IMG/VR virus record: IMGVR_UViG_2630968395_000002
Source of the DNA: an uncultured virus (IMG/VR IMGVR_UViG_2630968395_000002)
Lineage: Duplodnaviria > Heunggongvirae > Uroviricota > Caudoviricetes
Length of the DNA: 64,000 nt
Direction: 5' to 3' (one strand)
A program made the translations under genes and the position numbers. The stretch's first letter is position 1. Each line of letters opens with the position of its first letter. Under the pieces are notes generated by a model that was not told the origin of the DNA, made no database searches, and worked only from the letters and a program-made list of their open reading frames with translations. Shown piece after piece: positions 51,871 through 61,915 of this stretch.

Positions 51871-52245
51871 TCATACCGGTATTTTGAATTTCATCAGTCC
51901 ATCTTTATCCGGCATACGCTCGAAGCCGAGGCGTTTAGCGATTCGGATAAACCCTTTGCGTGCCGTATAAAACTCCGCCCAGCGCCCGCCTATCATGCGA
52001 GTCAGTTGCTGAACCTCCGGGGTATATTTAATCAAGCCTTGCTGCCCGGTGCTGACCCCGACCCATACCACCACATAGGGAATGCCTTCCTTCATCCGTG
52101 GCCGTAAGACGATCAGTGCATCTTCCGCCGAAAAGCAAAACGCCTGCTTTTTACGGCAGGCGTCTTGGATGTGAATGAGTAGTTTGGGATCCCCAGCATC
52201 ACCAGCTATTCGTGCCAGTTTAGAAGTGAAAGTAGTCTGTAGCAT
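51871..52245 (-). CDS. Phage protein, possible GNAT-like fold
   Basis: VVVWVGVS..FYTARKGFIRIAKRLGFE; likely start ATG 52245. Confidence 0.55.
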   Translation of the reverse strand: MLQTTFTSKLARIAGDAGDPKLLIHIQDACRKKQAFCFSAEDALIVLRPRMKEGIPYVVVWVGVSTGQQGLIKYTPEVQQLTRMIGGRWAEFYTARKGFIRIAKRLGFERMPDKDGLMKFKIPV

Positions 52246-53257
52246 CCAGCACCATGATCTGAATATCCGCAGTGAAATAAGTATAAGGACCAAACGAAGC
52301 TGGCTCATAAATAGCCCGACCCCAAGCCGGGCCTATCTGAGTACCATTGCTGTTTATCCAGACATTCACTTGCCAGTTATTAGTGAACAATCCGCCAATA
52401 TTACAAATTGCGTACATTGGCCGAGGAATGCCCTCCACACTCTTTTTTTCTCCCAGTGCCATTCCGGCCAGACGAATAAGCTTTGGTCGAGCAAGAATGT
52501 CATAGCCTGAGTTGTAGACTAATGATTTATCCACCGCAGAATAGATTTCCAGACCGTAGTTTTCTTTCTGTAATTGCCCGTTACCGAAAATGCACACTTT
52601 CGCACGAATGGGTGTTGATGATTCACCACCGCCCACACTGTAAACACTATAATCTCTTACAGCAGACGGACTATTATAGTAACGGGCTGATTTTGCACAA
52701 ATCGTCTTGCTTTCATCCTCGGTGTAAAAGAAACATATGACCTTGTCTGGGGTGAATTCCGCATTGATATTACTGGGTAACCAGCCATTGTAAATATCCA
52801 CTTCCCCTTTGAATAACAGGCAAGTGAATTGGCTAGCATCCGTAATACCTGCAATATTATTCGCGCCAAAGAATTGTATGCCATAATTGCCTTGGTCCAC
52901 ACCTGTAGGCCATGTATATACGCCAAAATACGAACCCGGAATAATCGTGTTATAATTTACCGAATTAACTTTTAATACTCTATTTGCATCCAGTGAGGGT
53001 TGATTATAAGCATGCCTGGCTGGAGTCCATTGGCTTTTTCCGCCATTGACCGCAACAACATATTCAAGCCACGCATATGACGACATCCATATAAAATAAT
53101 CAAAACCCTCTGGAATGGTTACACCGGTATTCCACGAACCCACCCCTGACTCTCTGCTCCCCATCGTCAGTATTTTAGTCACAGACGTTTGGTTATCTAA
53201 AATGATAGACGTCCCGTCGCGGCGAAATACTTCTAGACCGTAGCTCGACACTGCCAA
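52220..53257 (-). CDS. Putative tail/receptor-binding protein
   Basis: Aromatic-rich, repeated YGLEVF/YGIQFF/YGLEIY motifs, follows the tail tip gene. Confidence 0.6.
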   Translation of the reverse strand: MAVSSYGLEVFRRDGTSIILDNQTSVTKILTMGSRESGVGSWNTGVTIPEGFDYFIWMSSYAWLEYVVAVNGGKSQWTPARHAYNQPSLDANRVLKVNSVNYNTIIPGSYFGVYTWPTGVDQGNYGIQFFGANNIAGITDASQFTCLLFKGEVDIYNGWLPSNINAEFTPDKVICFFYTEDESKTICAKSARYYNSPSAVRDYSVYSVGGGESSTPIRAKVCIFGNGQLQKENYGLEIYSAVDKSLVYNSGYDILARPKLIRLAGMALGEKKSVEGIPRPMYAICNIGGLFTNNWQVNVWINSNGTQIGPAWGRAIYEPASFGPYTYFTADIQIMVLDATDYFHF

Positions 53258-53317
53258 ACTCCGTTGAAATTAAAATCAGGAGGCGGGTTTTTACCAACCG
53301 ATATACATGCCGTTAAA

Positions 53318-54424
53318 CTAATTAAGCTTACCAAGACGAACCATAAGCGCACCTTTCTCATCATAAACCTCTATTCTCTCGTTAGTGATAACAAGGCCGA
53401 TGCTGCCAGTACCTTGCTTGATTGTAATTCGTCCGGTATTTGAAACGCTGAACAGTTCGCCAATCTTCAGATTACCGGCGGCATCCACGGTGAATTTACC
53501 GTTATTGATCGTGGCGCTATTGAGCGTGGGCGTTGAAATACTAATCCCTGCTTTAACTTCATCAGCGATAATGGTTTGAGCATTCAGAATTTTGATTGTG
53601 GCTTCACGGATAGCCGCCTCATCAATGACCACTCGCCCGTCGGAAATAGAAAACGGAATAGCATAAGAACCGGTATCAGTAGGATTGTTCGGGTCAAAGA
53701 CAAAAAGCTGGCTGGCCGATATGGCGACCTGAGCAATGGGTTTTCCGTTAGCATCGATGCCTGCGACAATCCCGATACCTGCAGTGATCCCGCTGGCATC
53801 AACTTTGGTGCTCCACATTTTTTGAAATGCTTGCCCACCGTGTTGGTCAAGATCCTCAATACCGCTCGCCAGTTCACCAATTAACGGCGAGTTATTTATC
53901 TCCTTATTAATCAGGTCAATGATTTCATCAATATCTGCAGCCGTTTTTGCCGGAGTGCCTTCACTGGCATTAAATGGCCCAGCCACACCTGCGGAGTTGA
54001 TAAAACGAATCCAGTAATAACCCTGCCAGCCCGGATCAACCGGGTCGCCATAGACCGCCGCAGCCGAGCTGGCCACCATCACCGCATTCGCCAAATTATC
54101 TTCGGTGCTGCGGTAGATTTCGGTCAGTGAATGCCCGCGATAGTTCGGCATAGCCCACTCAAGCAGTACCGCACCAAAACCGCCGTTGGCTTTGAAGTTT
54201 TGTGGTTGAGTGGGAAAAGATGGGGCTGGCCCCGTATTATCATTGGAGCTGGGTTTGAGCTGTAATTTACCGCCAGCGCCGGTGCGCAATTTGGCTAAAT
54301 CCAGATCAGCCAAATCAGCATAAGTCACAGCACGATTGCGACCGTCACCGCGTTGGCCAGTCAATACCTCAATATTTTCAGAGAGTGCGGCTGAATCACG
54401 GCCAGCACGAAAGCCGTTTGTCAT
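53318..54424 (-). CDS. Tail tip/host-specificity protein (FN3 + DUF1983-like)
   Basis: YYWIRFIN..GPFN, PFSISDGRVVIDEAAI, MVRLGKL. Confidence 0.75.
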   Translation of the reverse strand: MTNGFRAGRDSAALSENIEVLTGQRGDGRNRAVTYADLADLDLAKLRTGAGGKLQLKPSSNDNTGPAPSFPTQPQNFKANGGFGAVLLEWAMPNYRGHSLTEIYRSTEDNLANAVMVASSAAAVYGDPVDPGWQGYYWIRFINSAGVAGPFNASEGTPAKTAADIDEIIDLINKEINNSPLIGELASGIEDLDQHGGQAFQKMWSTKVDASGITAGIGIVAGIDANGKPIAQVAISASQLFVFDPNNPTDTGSYAIPFSISDGRVVIDEAAIREATIKILNAQTIIADEVKAGISISTPTLNSATINNGKFTVDAAGNLKIGELFSVSNTGRITIKQGTGSIGLVITNERIEVYDEKGALMVRLGKLN

Positions 54425-56049
54425 GCTGGCATCTCCGTCATTGAGGTACTCAGGGTGATGCGATCAACTTGTGCGTAACCCCATACTTCAATAATCCACC
54501 GGCGGCCAGTGATTGGCGGCAACTTCAGAAGGCCATCAATTAATGACCCCGGCGGCAACGACAGCACCGGAGAACCATCCACAATAAAATTGACGCCTAC
54601 ACGGCTCACGCTCTCACTCATGATCCGCAGGCAAGAAAATGATGTACCAGGTGGCGCAAGAAATGGTTTGCTGCGCCACGTTATCGGCAAAGGTGTTGCA
54701 CTGGCTTGGGAGATGGTTAATTTATCGCCTTTAATGGTGTAGAGCGTATCCGACTCCAGATCATTAAATGCAGTATCAAAAACAGTGGTTAGATGGCGAA
54801 TATCCATCGCTTGCGGATCGAAAATAAATCCGGCATTAGTTCCTTTTGCCGTCTGGTAAATCGCCAGATATTCACCTTCGACCTGCCACGCTTTGATGCT
54901 TTCTGGATTGAAGTTTTTACGCCACTGACGCGGCTCGATAATCTGCTCAGTTGCAACTAATGCATTGCCAGCACCATCGACCGAGACCAATCCATTGGGT
55001 GACGCGTAGAGTGCGAAACTGTCCAAGCTCACCATGCTGCGGCGGCTGACACAGGCTTGCATCACCGGTAACTTAGCGTTGGTAATATTCGACGGGGTGA
55101 TGCCACTGAAGAGATAGGGACGCCCTTTAGTACCAACCACCAGCCCGGCACCAATAGGCGCAATAGCGACAATATCGTGTTCGGTACTTTGTTTGTAGCT
55201 ATCGGGCCATGCATAGGGCAGGAACGCCTCAGAAAACATCACCTCATTACCGGCAAAACCTGCGGCAATGCCATTTGCCATCAGACACAGACCAATCATT
55301 TCATCTGGCGGCATCAGGAAGTTTTCAGTTTCCAATACCGGGCCAAGTTCTTTATCAAGCGAAGTGTCCTGATACACAAGCACGCCAATATCCAGCTCCA
55401 CCAACAGCAGATAATCAGCAACCCCACCGCCAGAGGCAGAGCGATAAATACGGCGGCGGGTGATATTTGAGTTCTGACTGCCCGGTGGCTGTAGAGCAAG
55501 ATCAACGGTACTGCCGGGATAAACGATTGTGACTTCCTGCGATACTGGCCCCGGTGGCCCTTCCTCCCCATAGCCAGTGACATAAGTTTCAACATAAAAA
55601 CGGGTATCATCATCGGTTGGATCATCTTCACCATGATCAGCCGGCGGTGTAATCGCAGTAACCTCAATAGGATTACTGGGTGCGGGGATCCCAAGGCGAA
55701 AACTGACCGCAGGGAAATTACCGTTCCCTTGTGTAGCGATTTCATTGCTGGTGACCTTGGGATATTTTCCATCAGTGAAATAAACCCGCTCATATTTATC
55801 CTGTGCTATTGGGCTGCGTATCGCATCGACAATGTCAGTCCAGGCAAACCAATAATCATCGCGGTAACGGAAAATTGTGGTTGGCGGCATAGTGAAAGTT
55901 TTCCCGCCGTCTTCATCAGCCATTAGCGGTGTAATAACGCCATGGCGAAAATGGCAGTTTTTAGCAATGGTCGCCGCTTGCTCAGGCAATAGATGTGCAA
56001 CCGCCCGTGGCATTTCGCCGCGCATTGTTGTGATATCGATAGCAGACAT
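54421..56049 (-). CDS. Tail tubular/stabilization-type virion protein
   Basis: GEEGPP, RRIYRS, SEAFLPYAWP, WRSKPF. Confidence 0.7.
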   Translation of the reverse strand: MSAIDITTMRGEMPRAVAHLLPEQAATIAKNCHFRHGVITPLMADEDGGKTFTMPPTTIFRYRDDYWFAWTDIVDAIRSPIAQDKYERVYFTDGKYPKVTSNEIATQGNGNFPAVSFRLGIPAPSNPIEVTAITPPADHGEDDPTDDDTRFYVETYVTGYGEEGPPGPVSQEVTIVYPGSTVDLALQPPGSQNSNITRRRIYRSASGGGVADYLLLVELDIGVLVYQDTSLDKELGPVLETENFLMPPDEMIGLCLMANGIAAGFAGNEVMFSEAFLPYAWPDSYKQSTEHDIVAIAPIGAGLVVGTKGRPYLFSGITPSNITNAKLPVMQACVSRRSMVSLDSFALYASPNGLVSVDGAGNALVATEQIIEPRQWRKNFNPESIKAWQVEGEYLAIYQTAKGTNAGFIFDPQAMDIRHLTTVFDTAFNDLESDTLYTIKGDKLTISQASATPLPITWRSKPFLAPPGTSFSCLRIMSESVSRVGVNFIVDGSPVLSLPPGSLIDGLLKLPPITGRRWIIEVWGYAQVDRITLSTSMTEMPA

Positions 56050-56067
56050 AGTGAGTGATTTCCGGCG

Positions 56068-56126
56068 GGCATAAAAAAAGCCCCACTAAAAAGTGAGGCT
56101 TGGCATCTTTGGGTAATTTAGCGCGT
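56068..56126 (-). terminator. 59-bp repeat copy 2 with intrinsic terminator
   Basis: Identical to 48905-48963. Confidence 0.8.
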
Positions 56127-56280
56127 TAATTCTCTGATATCAACGTAATGAGAAATTAAATACATTTGAGGATTGTCTGAATCTCTTGCCACTCTAGTTT
56201 AATCATGTGAGGTAACAATATATGCTGATGAAGAGCAAATGGGCTTTAAGCAATAATTAACACGATAACAAGGATGTACT

Positions 56281-56745
56281 ATGGATACAGTTGAAGAGCT
56301 GGGCGGGACGTACTTTTATGCAGGTCGTTCAAATTTAACCGCCAGCGGATTGCTATTTATGATTTTTTTTGAAAAAACTGTAGATCAATTTGGTTTAGGC
56401 ATGGCTGATTTTGGTGCTGCAGCCGCGATCTTGTCAGGTAGAAATAATCTTCCCACTCGACCTAAGCCTATAAGTGCAATGAAGGGCACTTCATATGCCT
56501 CCAAAGCAGCAAGAGGCGTATTTAAGAAATCACAATTCCCCTTTGGTATTCAATTACCTACATGGATAGGTGGGTATACACCTTGGACAGCAAAGCGGAG
56601 GATGGTCTCTAATATTGGAACATTTGTAGGTCGTTCTATTCCCCTGCTTGGCCTCATCATTATTGCTGCTGACGTATCAGAAATCACTTATAGAGCAATA
56701 CGTGATTACAACACTATAGCCAGGGGTAACGACAAAATATGGTAA
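56281..56745 (+). CDS. Moron: STM2901-family protein
   Basis: MDTVEELGGTYFY..LPT..GTFVGRSIPLLG..YNTIA..DKIW, recognised from memory of the family. Confidence 0.7.
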   Translation: MDTVEELGGTYFYAGRSNLTASGLLFMIFFEKTVDQFGLGMADFGAAAAILSGRNNLPTRPKPISAMKGTSYASKAARGVFKKSQFPFGIQLPTWIGGYTPWTAKRRMVSNIGTFVGRSIPLLGLIIIAADVSEITYRAIRDYNTIARGNDKIW

Positions 56746-57065
56746 ATAGTATTGAACAGTGTATTTATGAACTTGTTAGGCGCCATGATGGCGCTTATCT
56801 GTTTAAGAGTAAGCAGCCAGTATTAACGCCAGAAACGGACCTTGATACTGATCTTCGTATGGAGGAAGAAGAAGCTGAGGAACTCATGAATGATTTTTTT
56901 TCAACATTCAATATCCCAAAAGATAAGTTTAATATTAAAATCTATTATCCAGATGAACCTTTCTCATGGAATCCATTCAAAAAAACAGCGCCCATACCTG
57001 TTCCAGATTTCACTATAGGGATGCTTATTGAGTCCGCCAAGGCTGGTCGCTGGTTGTATGACTGA
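56739..57065 (+). CDS. Moron: DUF1493-family protein
   Basis: LTPETDLDTDL..ELMNDFF..YYP..FTIGMLIESAKAGRWLYD. Confidence 0.8.
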   Translation: MVNSIEQCIYELVRRHDGAYLFKSKQPVLTPETDLDTDLRMEEEEAEELMNDFFSTFNIPKDKFNIKIYYPDEPFSWNPFKKTAPIPVPDFTIGMLIESAKAGRWLYD

Positions 57066-57077
57066 AATAGGCTGGGC

Positions 57078-57542
57078 TTAATTGCCCAGTTTTGCTTTGG
57101 TTAAAACCACCGGCAATTTTATGTTGTCGGGAGAAACGGGCCACATGATATCCGGCGCTGTACTCACATCAATATCATCAAGCGCTATACGATATGACTT
57201 CCATAATTTCAACTCTGCTGCTCTATCTTGCCCCGCCTCAATCCGGTCTTTTAGAATCTCTATTCTATCGCTTGCATCACTTATCAGCTTTGATTTTTTG
57301 AGTTTCGCTTGAGCAACAAATTCCGCTTTCTGAGCTGCAATGTCTGTAGCTGAAGGTCCGCTAGTCTCTACCCACTGCCCACATGTCCATTCTCCTGTTT
57401 CTGGATTTACAGTCGCATTTTGATACTGAGCTTTGTAGTAACCGTCACCGACTAAATCATCTGTCCAATTCTTGGGTAAATATCCCTCGATATAATCTTC
57501 AATATAGAAGCCATCACTATCTAATTTATTTAGTTTTTTCAT
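57078..57542 (-). CDS. Tail fibre assembly protein
   Basis: LKLWKSYRIAL..APDIMWP. Confidence 0.85.
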   Translation of the reverse strand: MKKLNKLDSDGFYIEDYIEGYLPKNWTDDLVGDGYYKAQYQNATVNPETGEWTCGQWVETSGPSATDIAAQKAEFVAQAKLKKSKLISDASDRIEILKDRIEAGQDRAAELKLWKSYRIALDDIDVSTAPDIMWPVSPDNIKLPVVLTKAKLGN

Positions 57543-57552
57543 AATATTCTCG

Positions 57553-59688
57553 TTAAATCACCCAGTGTGACTTTATTCCAATATCTCCGTTTCCTGTTAC
57601 TCCATAAATTCTTAACGCCCCATCCGTCCACAACGCAATTCTCGATTGCGCTGTAATGCCACCCTGCGTGCTACCTGAAATTGGCATGACACTCACTTGA
57701 TCAGCTGATGGCCTATATCCAGCGGGTAGATTTGCAATAACCACGCTTTCTCCCCATGCACCTGCGGTGATAACTCCTTCAACGTATACGACTCCATTTA
57801 TTTTCCGATAGATTGCATTGTGATAACCCTGAAGGGGTAACCAGCCGTTTTGAAGTGTTAGCGGAATCCATGGCGTATTTGCTATTTTATTAGCAGTAAA
57901 CGCGTCAGCCTCTAAAGTTGTAGTGCGCGATGCAAGTTGTGTTATCTGCGTTGCTAATTCGAGCGCGTTAATTTGCCCTTCATTGAGAGCCGACCCTGCC
58001 AATTTTATTATGTAGCAGCCCGTGGCGTTGATGGGGCGATTTTCGATTGCAGTGGGGTTTACTAATGCAGAGTCAAAACTAACACCAAGCTCACCTAGCG
58101 CGGGCTCCCCAATATTTGATGGAACCGGCCTTCCAGTTGCCACGCCAGTTCTTGTAAAAGCTCCGGCAGTCTCACCTATAACCAGACCATACGAAACATT
58201 AAGTTGCCCGCCAATTCCACCGAACGTCCCAGTAATTCTTCTACTCGCGTCGCCTTGGATTCTCCCCATTTCTCCGAGGGAGTTCTTACCGTCCCCCCCC
58301 AAAAACACTCTTCCCATGCTGTCATGGGACTTGCCGTTCAAATCCGGAATTCTGAATGTTGTACTTCCGTCACCGACCGAAAAACTAGATCGCTGGTCTT
58401 TGTAAAATAACCACGAGTCATCCGCAACGATCGGATATTTCGCGCTTAATATTTCAGCTAAAGCGAATGGAAATAGATTGCGTGATAGTAATTGACCGTC
58501 CGCTGGGGCCCAGCCCGCAGGAATATAATTTCGGCTCATATGCCACTTCACACTTAATAGAAATTCGCCACCGGTCCTTTCAAACTGTTGAAATGTGACA
58601 GGCTCTAATGGCTCTGTGGCATCACCTGCCAACTCTACTGGGCCTGTGAACGCACCACCAGTTTTTGGCATTACATCGCCGACGCTTTCTGCTGAAGCAT
58701 GCGCCTGCTGAGCAAAACCCTCAGCCTCATCTCTAAAACCTTTTGCTGCATTTTTATCTACTGTAGATATTCCTGCGTTCTGTCGTGCTGTTTCCGCACT
58801 GATTGCCGCTAACGCTTCCGATTGAACAGCACTGTTTGCCGCGGTTGTTGCCTTGACTTCACTATCTCGTGCGGCGATAGCTGCTTGTGTTGTTTCGCCA
58901 TGCTGTTGAGCAACTGTCTGAGCTGTGTCATCTACCGAGGATTTTATCTGTTCACTTGCTATACGTGCCGCTTCGGCACGATCCGCATCAGTTTTAACTT
59001 GTAACTTAATTTTTTCTGCTGTCCGCTCGGCTGCAAGTGTTGACGCATCATCGGCTGCTGTGGCCGCTGCTGACTGGGCTGAGTCGCGATATGAAAGCGC
59101 ATTTTGCTCTGACAGTAATGCTGAATCGGCACTGGCTTTAGCACTCGTTTCACTTATCGCCGCTTCCTGCTGAGAGAGTGCAGATGCATCCGCACTTATG
59201 CCCGCTTGGTCGCGATACCCCTTGGCTGTTGCAAGCGCCTCAGACAAATCCTTTGCATACAACATAGCCTCATCGCGTGAATGACCTGCGCTCTCTGCCG
59301 CATCTGTAGCACTGATTTCTAAAACTTTTATTGTTGCAAGATCATTTGCGACCTGCTGTTGAATCTGGCGGAAGTACAGGATCACATCAGGTGTGAGTTC
59401 CGACTCCATGATCTGCTGCTTCAGCAATTGATTGAGTGTGCTGGGGCCTGTGGTGTTATCCAGCGTGACCGCGCCATAAACAAAACTACGGCCATTCGCA
59501 GCCACTGTAATGGAGTAGCTGCCCTCTTCTAACTGGATGCGATATGTACCCACCCCGTCCGTTCTGACTGTGGCCGAAAAGGCATTGAGCACAGTAAGGC
59601 TATTGGTAACCGCTGTGAGGGTGATCTGTGCATTGACTACTGGCTCGCCGACCGGGTTAATCATAATGCCGGAAACTGTTACGCTCAC
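57553..59688 (-). CDS. Tail fibre protein
   Basis: Prophage-tail N-terminus (VSGIMINPVGEPV), Ala-rich shaft, collar GDGSTTFRIPDL, LPAGYRP tip. Confidence 0.9.
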   Translation of the reverse strand: MSVTVSGIMINPVGEPVVNAQITLTAVTNSLTVLNAFSATVRTDGVGTYRIQLEEGSYSITVAANGRSFVYGAVTLDNTTGPSTLNQLLKQQIMESELTPDVILYFRQIQQQVANDLATIKVLEISATDAAESAGHSRDEAMLYAKDLSEALATAKGYRDQAGISADASALSQQEAAISETSAKASADSALLSEQNALSYRDSAQSAAATAADDASTLAAERTAEKIKLQVKTDADRAEAARIASEQIKSSVDDTAQTVAQQHGETTQAAIAARDSEVKATTAANSAVQSEALAAISAETARQNAGISTVDKNAAKGFRDEAEGFAQQAHASAESVGDVMPKTGGAFTGPVELAGDATEPLEPVTFQQFERTGGEFLLSVKWHMSRNYIPAGWAPADGQLLSRNLFPFALAEILSAKYPIVADDSWLFYKDQRSSFSVGDGSTTFRIPDLNGKSHDSMGRVFLGGDGKNSLGEMGRIQGDASRRITGTFGGIGGQLNVSYGLVIGETAGAFTRTGVATGRPVPSNIGEPALGELGVSFDSALVNPTAIENRPINATGCYIIKLAGSALNEGQINALELATQITQLASRTTTLEADAFTANKIANTPWIPLTLQNGWLPLQGYHNAIYRKINGVVYVEGVITAGAWGESVVIANLPAGYRPSADQVSVMPISGSTQGGITAQSRIALWTDGALRIYGVTGNGDIGIKSHWVI

Positions 59689-60338
59689 TGCCCACCTCCC
59701 TGGTACTGCGCTTCTTTCAATTGCTGGGCGAAACTCTCAGAATTTTGCTTAACCCCCAACTGATCGCTAAATGCTTGATAGTGCTGCATGGCTAAATTGA
59801 GGTTTGCCCCCGCTTCACCATCTTTACTAAACGAACGAAACAGCATCCAATCCACCAACGGATTCACATAAAGCTCGTCAATCGGTACTGGTGTTTTATC
59901 TGCCAGGTCATTGATAGCAACGGCCATCGGAATTCTGGCCACTACAGCATCAATATCGACTGGCTCTGCGGGGCCGGGAAACAGGTAATACACTTTGGGT
60001 GTCAATTCGTTATAGGTGTAACGCTCAACAGAACCCGTCATCTGATGCCAATCAGGATATTGGCTATCAAGTACATCACGCGGTACCGGCCTTAATGCCC
60101 TGCCGTCTACTAAGCGAATCATCTCAATTAAGCGGATAACGCCATCCGGCAACGTTTGTTTAGTCCCAATCGCAGCGGTAATCACTTCGGTCGTTGCCCC
60201 AGCATCTGGCCGTGCAAGAATGACTGCCCGGACGGCATCATTGTAATAATCACATAGCTCCGCCAGCGGCCAGCGCAACCATGCAGTATCTTTGAGCTGG
60301 GTGTTAACCCGCCCAATAATCTCGGCAATGGTGATCAT
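59685..60338 (-). CDS. Head-tail adaptor-type protein
   Basis: RWPLAEL..NDA..RPDA; position after capsid genes. Confidence 0.7.
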   Translation of the reverse strand: MITIAEIIGRVNTQLKDTAWLRWPLAELCDYYNDAVRAVILARPDAGATTEVITAAIGTKQTLPDGVIRLIEMIRLVDGRALRPVPRDVLDSQYPDWHQMTGSVERYTYNELTPKVYYLFPGPAEPVDIDAVVARIPMAVAINDLADKTPVPIDELYVNPLVDWMLFRSFSKDGEAGANLNLAMQHYQAFSDQLGVKQNSESFAQQLKEAQYQGGGQ

Positions 60339-60934
60339 TAGAAGAACTCGTGTTGGCGAACAGGGTTATTGAAGGCTGTGATCGGGGAGTTATCTAGCGC
60401 TTCACGGAATGCCCGGCGGTAACCATCAATAAAACGCGCCCCGAAGTATTGTGAGCGCTGCGGATCTGTCCACGGCTTGCCCGGCATAATAAATAAATCT
60501 TCCAGAGCGCCAATGGCGATTACGTCTGCGTAATCGTCGGCCAGAACGTCAGGCACTTCAGTAACATCACGCTTGGGTTCAATAGCAAAATCTACGGTGA
60601 CTTTGGTCAGTGGCTGATTGAAGGTGATTTGATTGGCAGACTTTACGGTAAACTCAATGCCCGCCGTCAACATGACACCCGGCGCACTGGCATTACTGAC
60701 CTGATTAGTGAGATCTAATACCCGTAAACGCTTGACGCATTTCACCAGCTCGCTATCCGTCAGTATATAAGTTATACCCGGAGTAACATCATGAAAAGTA
60801 ACCGTATCACGACACAGCAACGACTCACGACAAAAGGTGATCGCTGCCTCTAGTGCGGCCTGCTTCATCATAATATCCAGCGGCCCGCTAATATGCTTGC
60901 GAATGGTCGGCAGAAATGCGTCAAGTGTTGCCAT
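60338..60934 (-). CDS. Head-tail adaptor-type protein
   Basis: AAITFCRES, MPGKPWTDP. Confidence 0.7.
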   Translation of the reverse strand: MATLDAFLPTIRKHISGPLDIMMKQAALEAAITFCRESLLCRDTVTFHDVTPGITYILTDSELVKCVKRLRVLDLTNQVSNASAPGVMLTAGIEFTVKSANQITFNQPLTKVTVDFAIEPKRDVTEVPDVLADDYADVIAIGALEDLFIMPGKPWTDPQRSQYFGARFIDGYRRAFREALDNSPITAFNNPVRQHEFF

Positions 60935-60936
60935 GG

Positions 60937-61389
60937 TTATTCTGCTCCGGTACTGGCGGCGTTCTTGGCCTGAATAGCTTCACGAACACGCGCGCGGAAT
61001 TCATCTACCTTTTCCTGAGCGCCCTGCTTGATATCCAGATCTTCCGATTCGACTAACGTTGCCAGTTGAATAGACGTCAGTTTGGCAATATCGACATCAT
61101 CACCGCCAATCGTCAGGACAAAACTATTCTTCGCAGCCTCTAGTACGGCCAGCGCTGCGAGGCGTACCGCAAGTTCTGCATGCTCTTGTTCCGATGTTTG
61201 TTGCAGATTAAGCGTACTTTCCAACTCATCGTGTCGGATAAATACAGTTGGGAAATCCAACAATTGATGGGCGATAGCACTTTCAACCTCAACCGGTTTG
61301 TGGCGCGGGAATACCAGGCGGCTACCGGTAATGGTGTCACGTTTTTTTTCTTTTGGGCCGATATAGACCACGGCGATTTTGTTAGGCAT
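60937..61389 (-). CDS. Phage hypothetical protein
   Basis: VVYIGPKEKKRDT; GGAG RBS. Confidence 0.7.
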   Translation of the reverse strand: MPNKIAVVYIGPKEKKRDTITGSRLVFPRHKPVEVESAIAHQLLDFPTVFIRHDELESTLNLQQTSEQEHAELAVRLAALAVLEAAKNSFVLTIGGDDVDIAKLTSIQLATLVESEDLDIKQGAQEKVDEFRARVREAIQAKNAASTGAE

Positions 61390-61454
61390 GGAATACTCCA
61401 AATAGCAGACAGGAAAAAACCCACCGAGGCGGGTTTCTAGAGGGATTGGTGGGA

Positions 61455-61838
61455 TTAGTAACCTACTGCCACATACAAAATGTTGACGGCAAGATGACCA
61501 CTGGCAGGGCCACCCGCAATAACCGCAGTCACTTTCTCGCCTGCTGAAATAGTGCTGTAAGGAGTAATGGGCACGTTCTTCGCGACAGTAACAGCATGAC
61601 TCGCGGCAGACACTAATGAGGTGGTGCCGCTCTTAATCTCTACTGTTACACCCGCACCAAGCGCGTCACTCACAACACTCACACCATAAATACGCATACC
61701 GATCGGCAGTTCTAAAAACTCAATCACATCACCGACTGCCGCATCTTTTAAAATAATCTGCCCTTCTGCCAGCGACAGATTGCCTTGCGGACCTTGGTAT
61801 ACCGCGTCGCCAATAGAAGGCGCTTTAATGATTGTCAT
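61455..61838 (-). CDS. Putative capsid decoration protein
   Basis: Beta-rich 127 aa directly after the capsid gene. Confidence 0.6.
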   Translation of the reverse strand: MTIIKAPSIGDAVYQGPQGNLSLAEGQIILKDAAVGDVIEFLELPIGMRIYGVSVVSDALGAGVTVEIKSGTTSLVSAASHAVTVAKNVPITPYSTISAGEKVTAVIAGGPASGHLAVNILYVAVGY

Positions 61839-61915
61839 AATATTTTTCTCCAGACAAAAAGAGAGCAGACCGAAGCCTGCCCTTTGAGGTATTAGCGTAT
61901 TGAATTACTGAGAGA

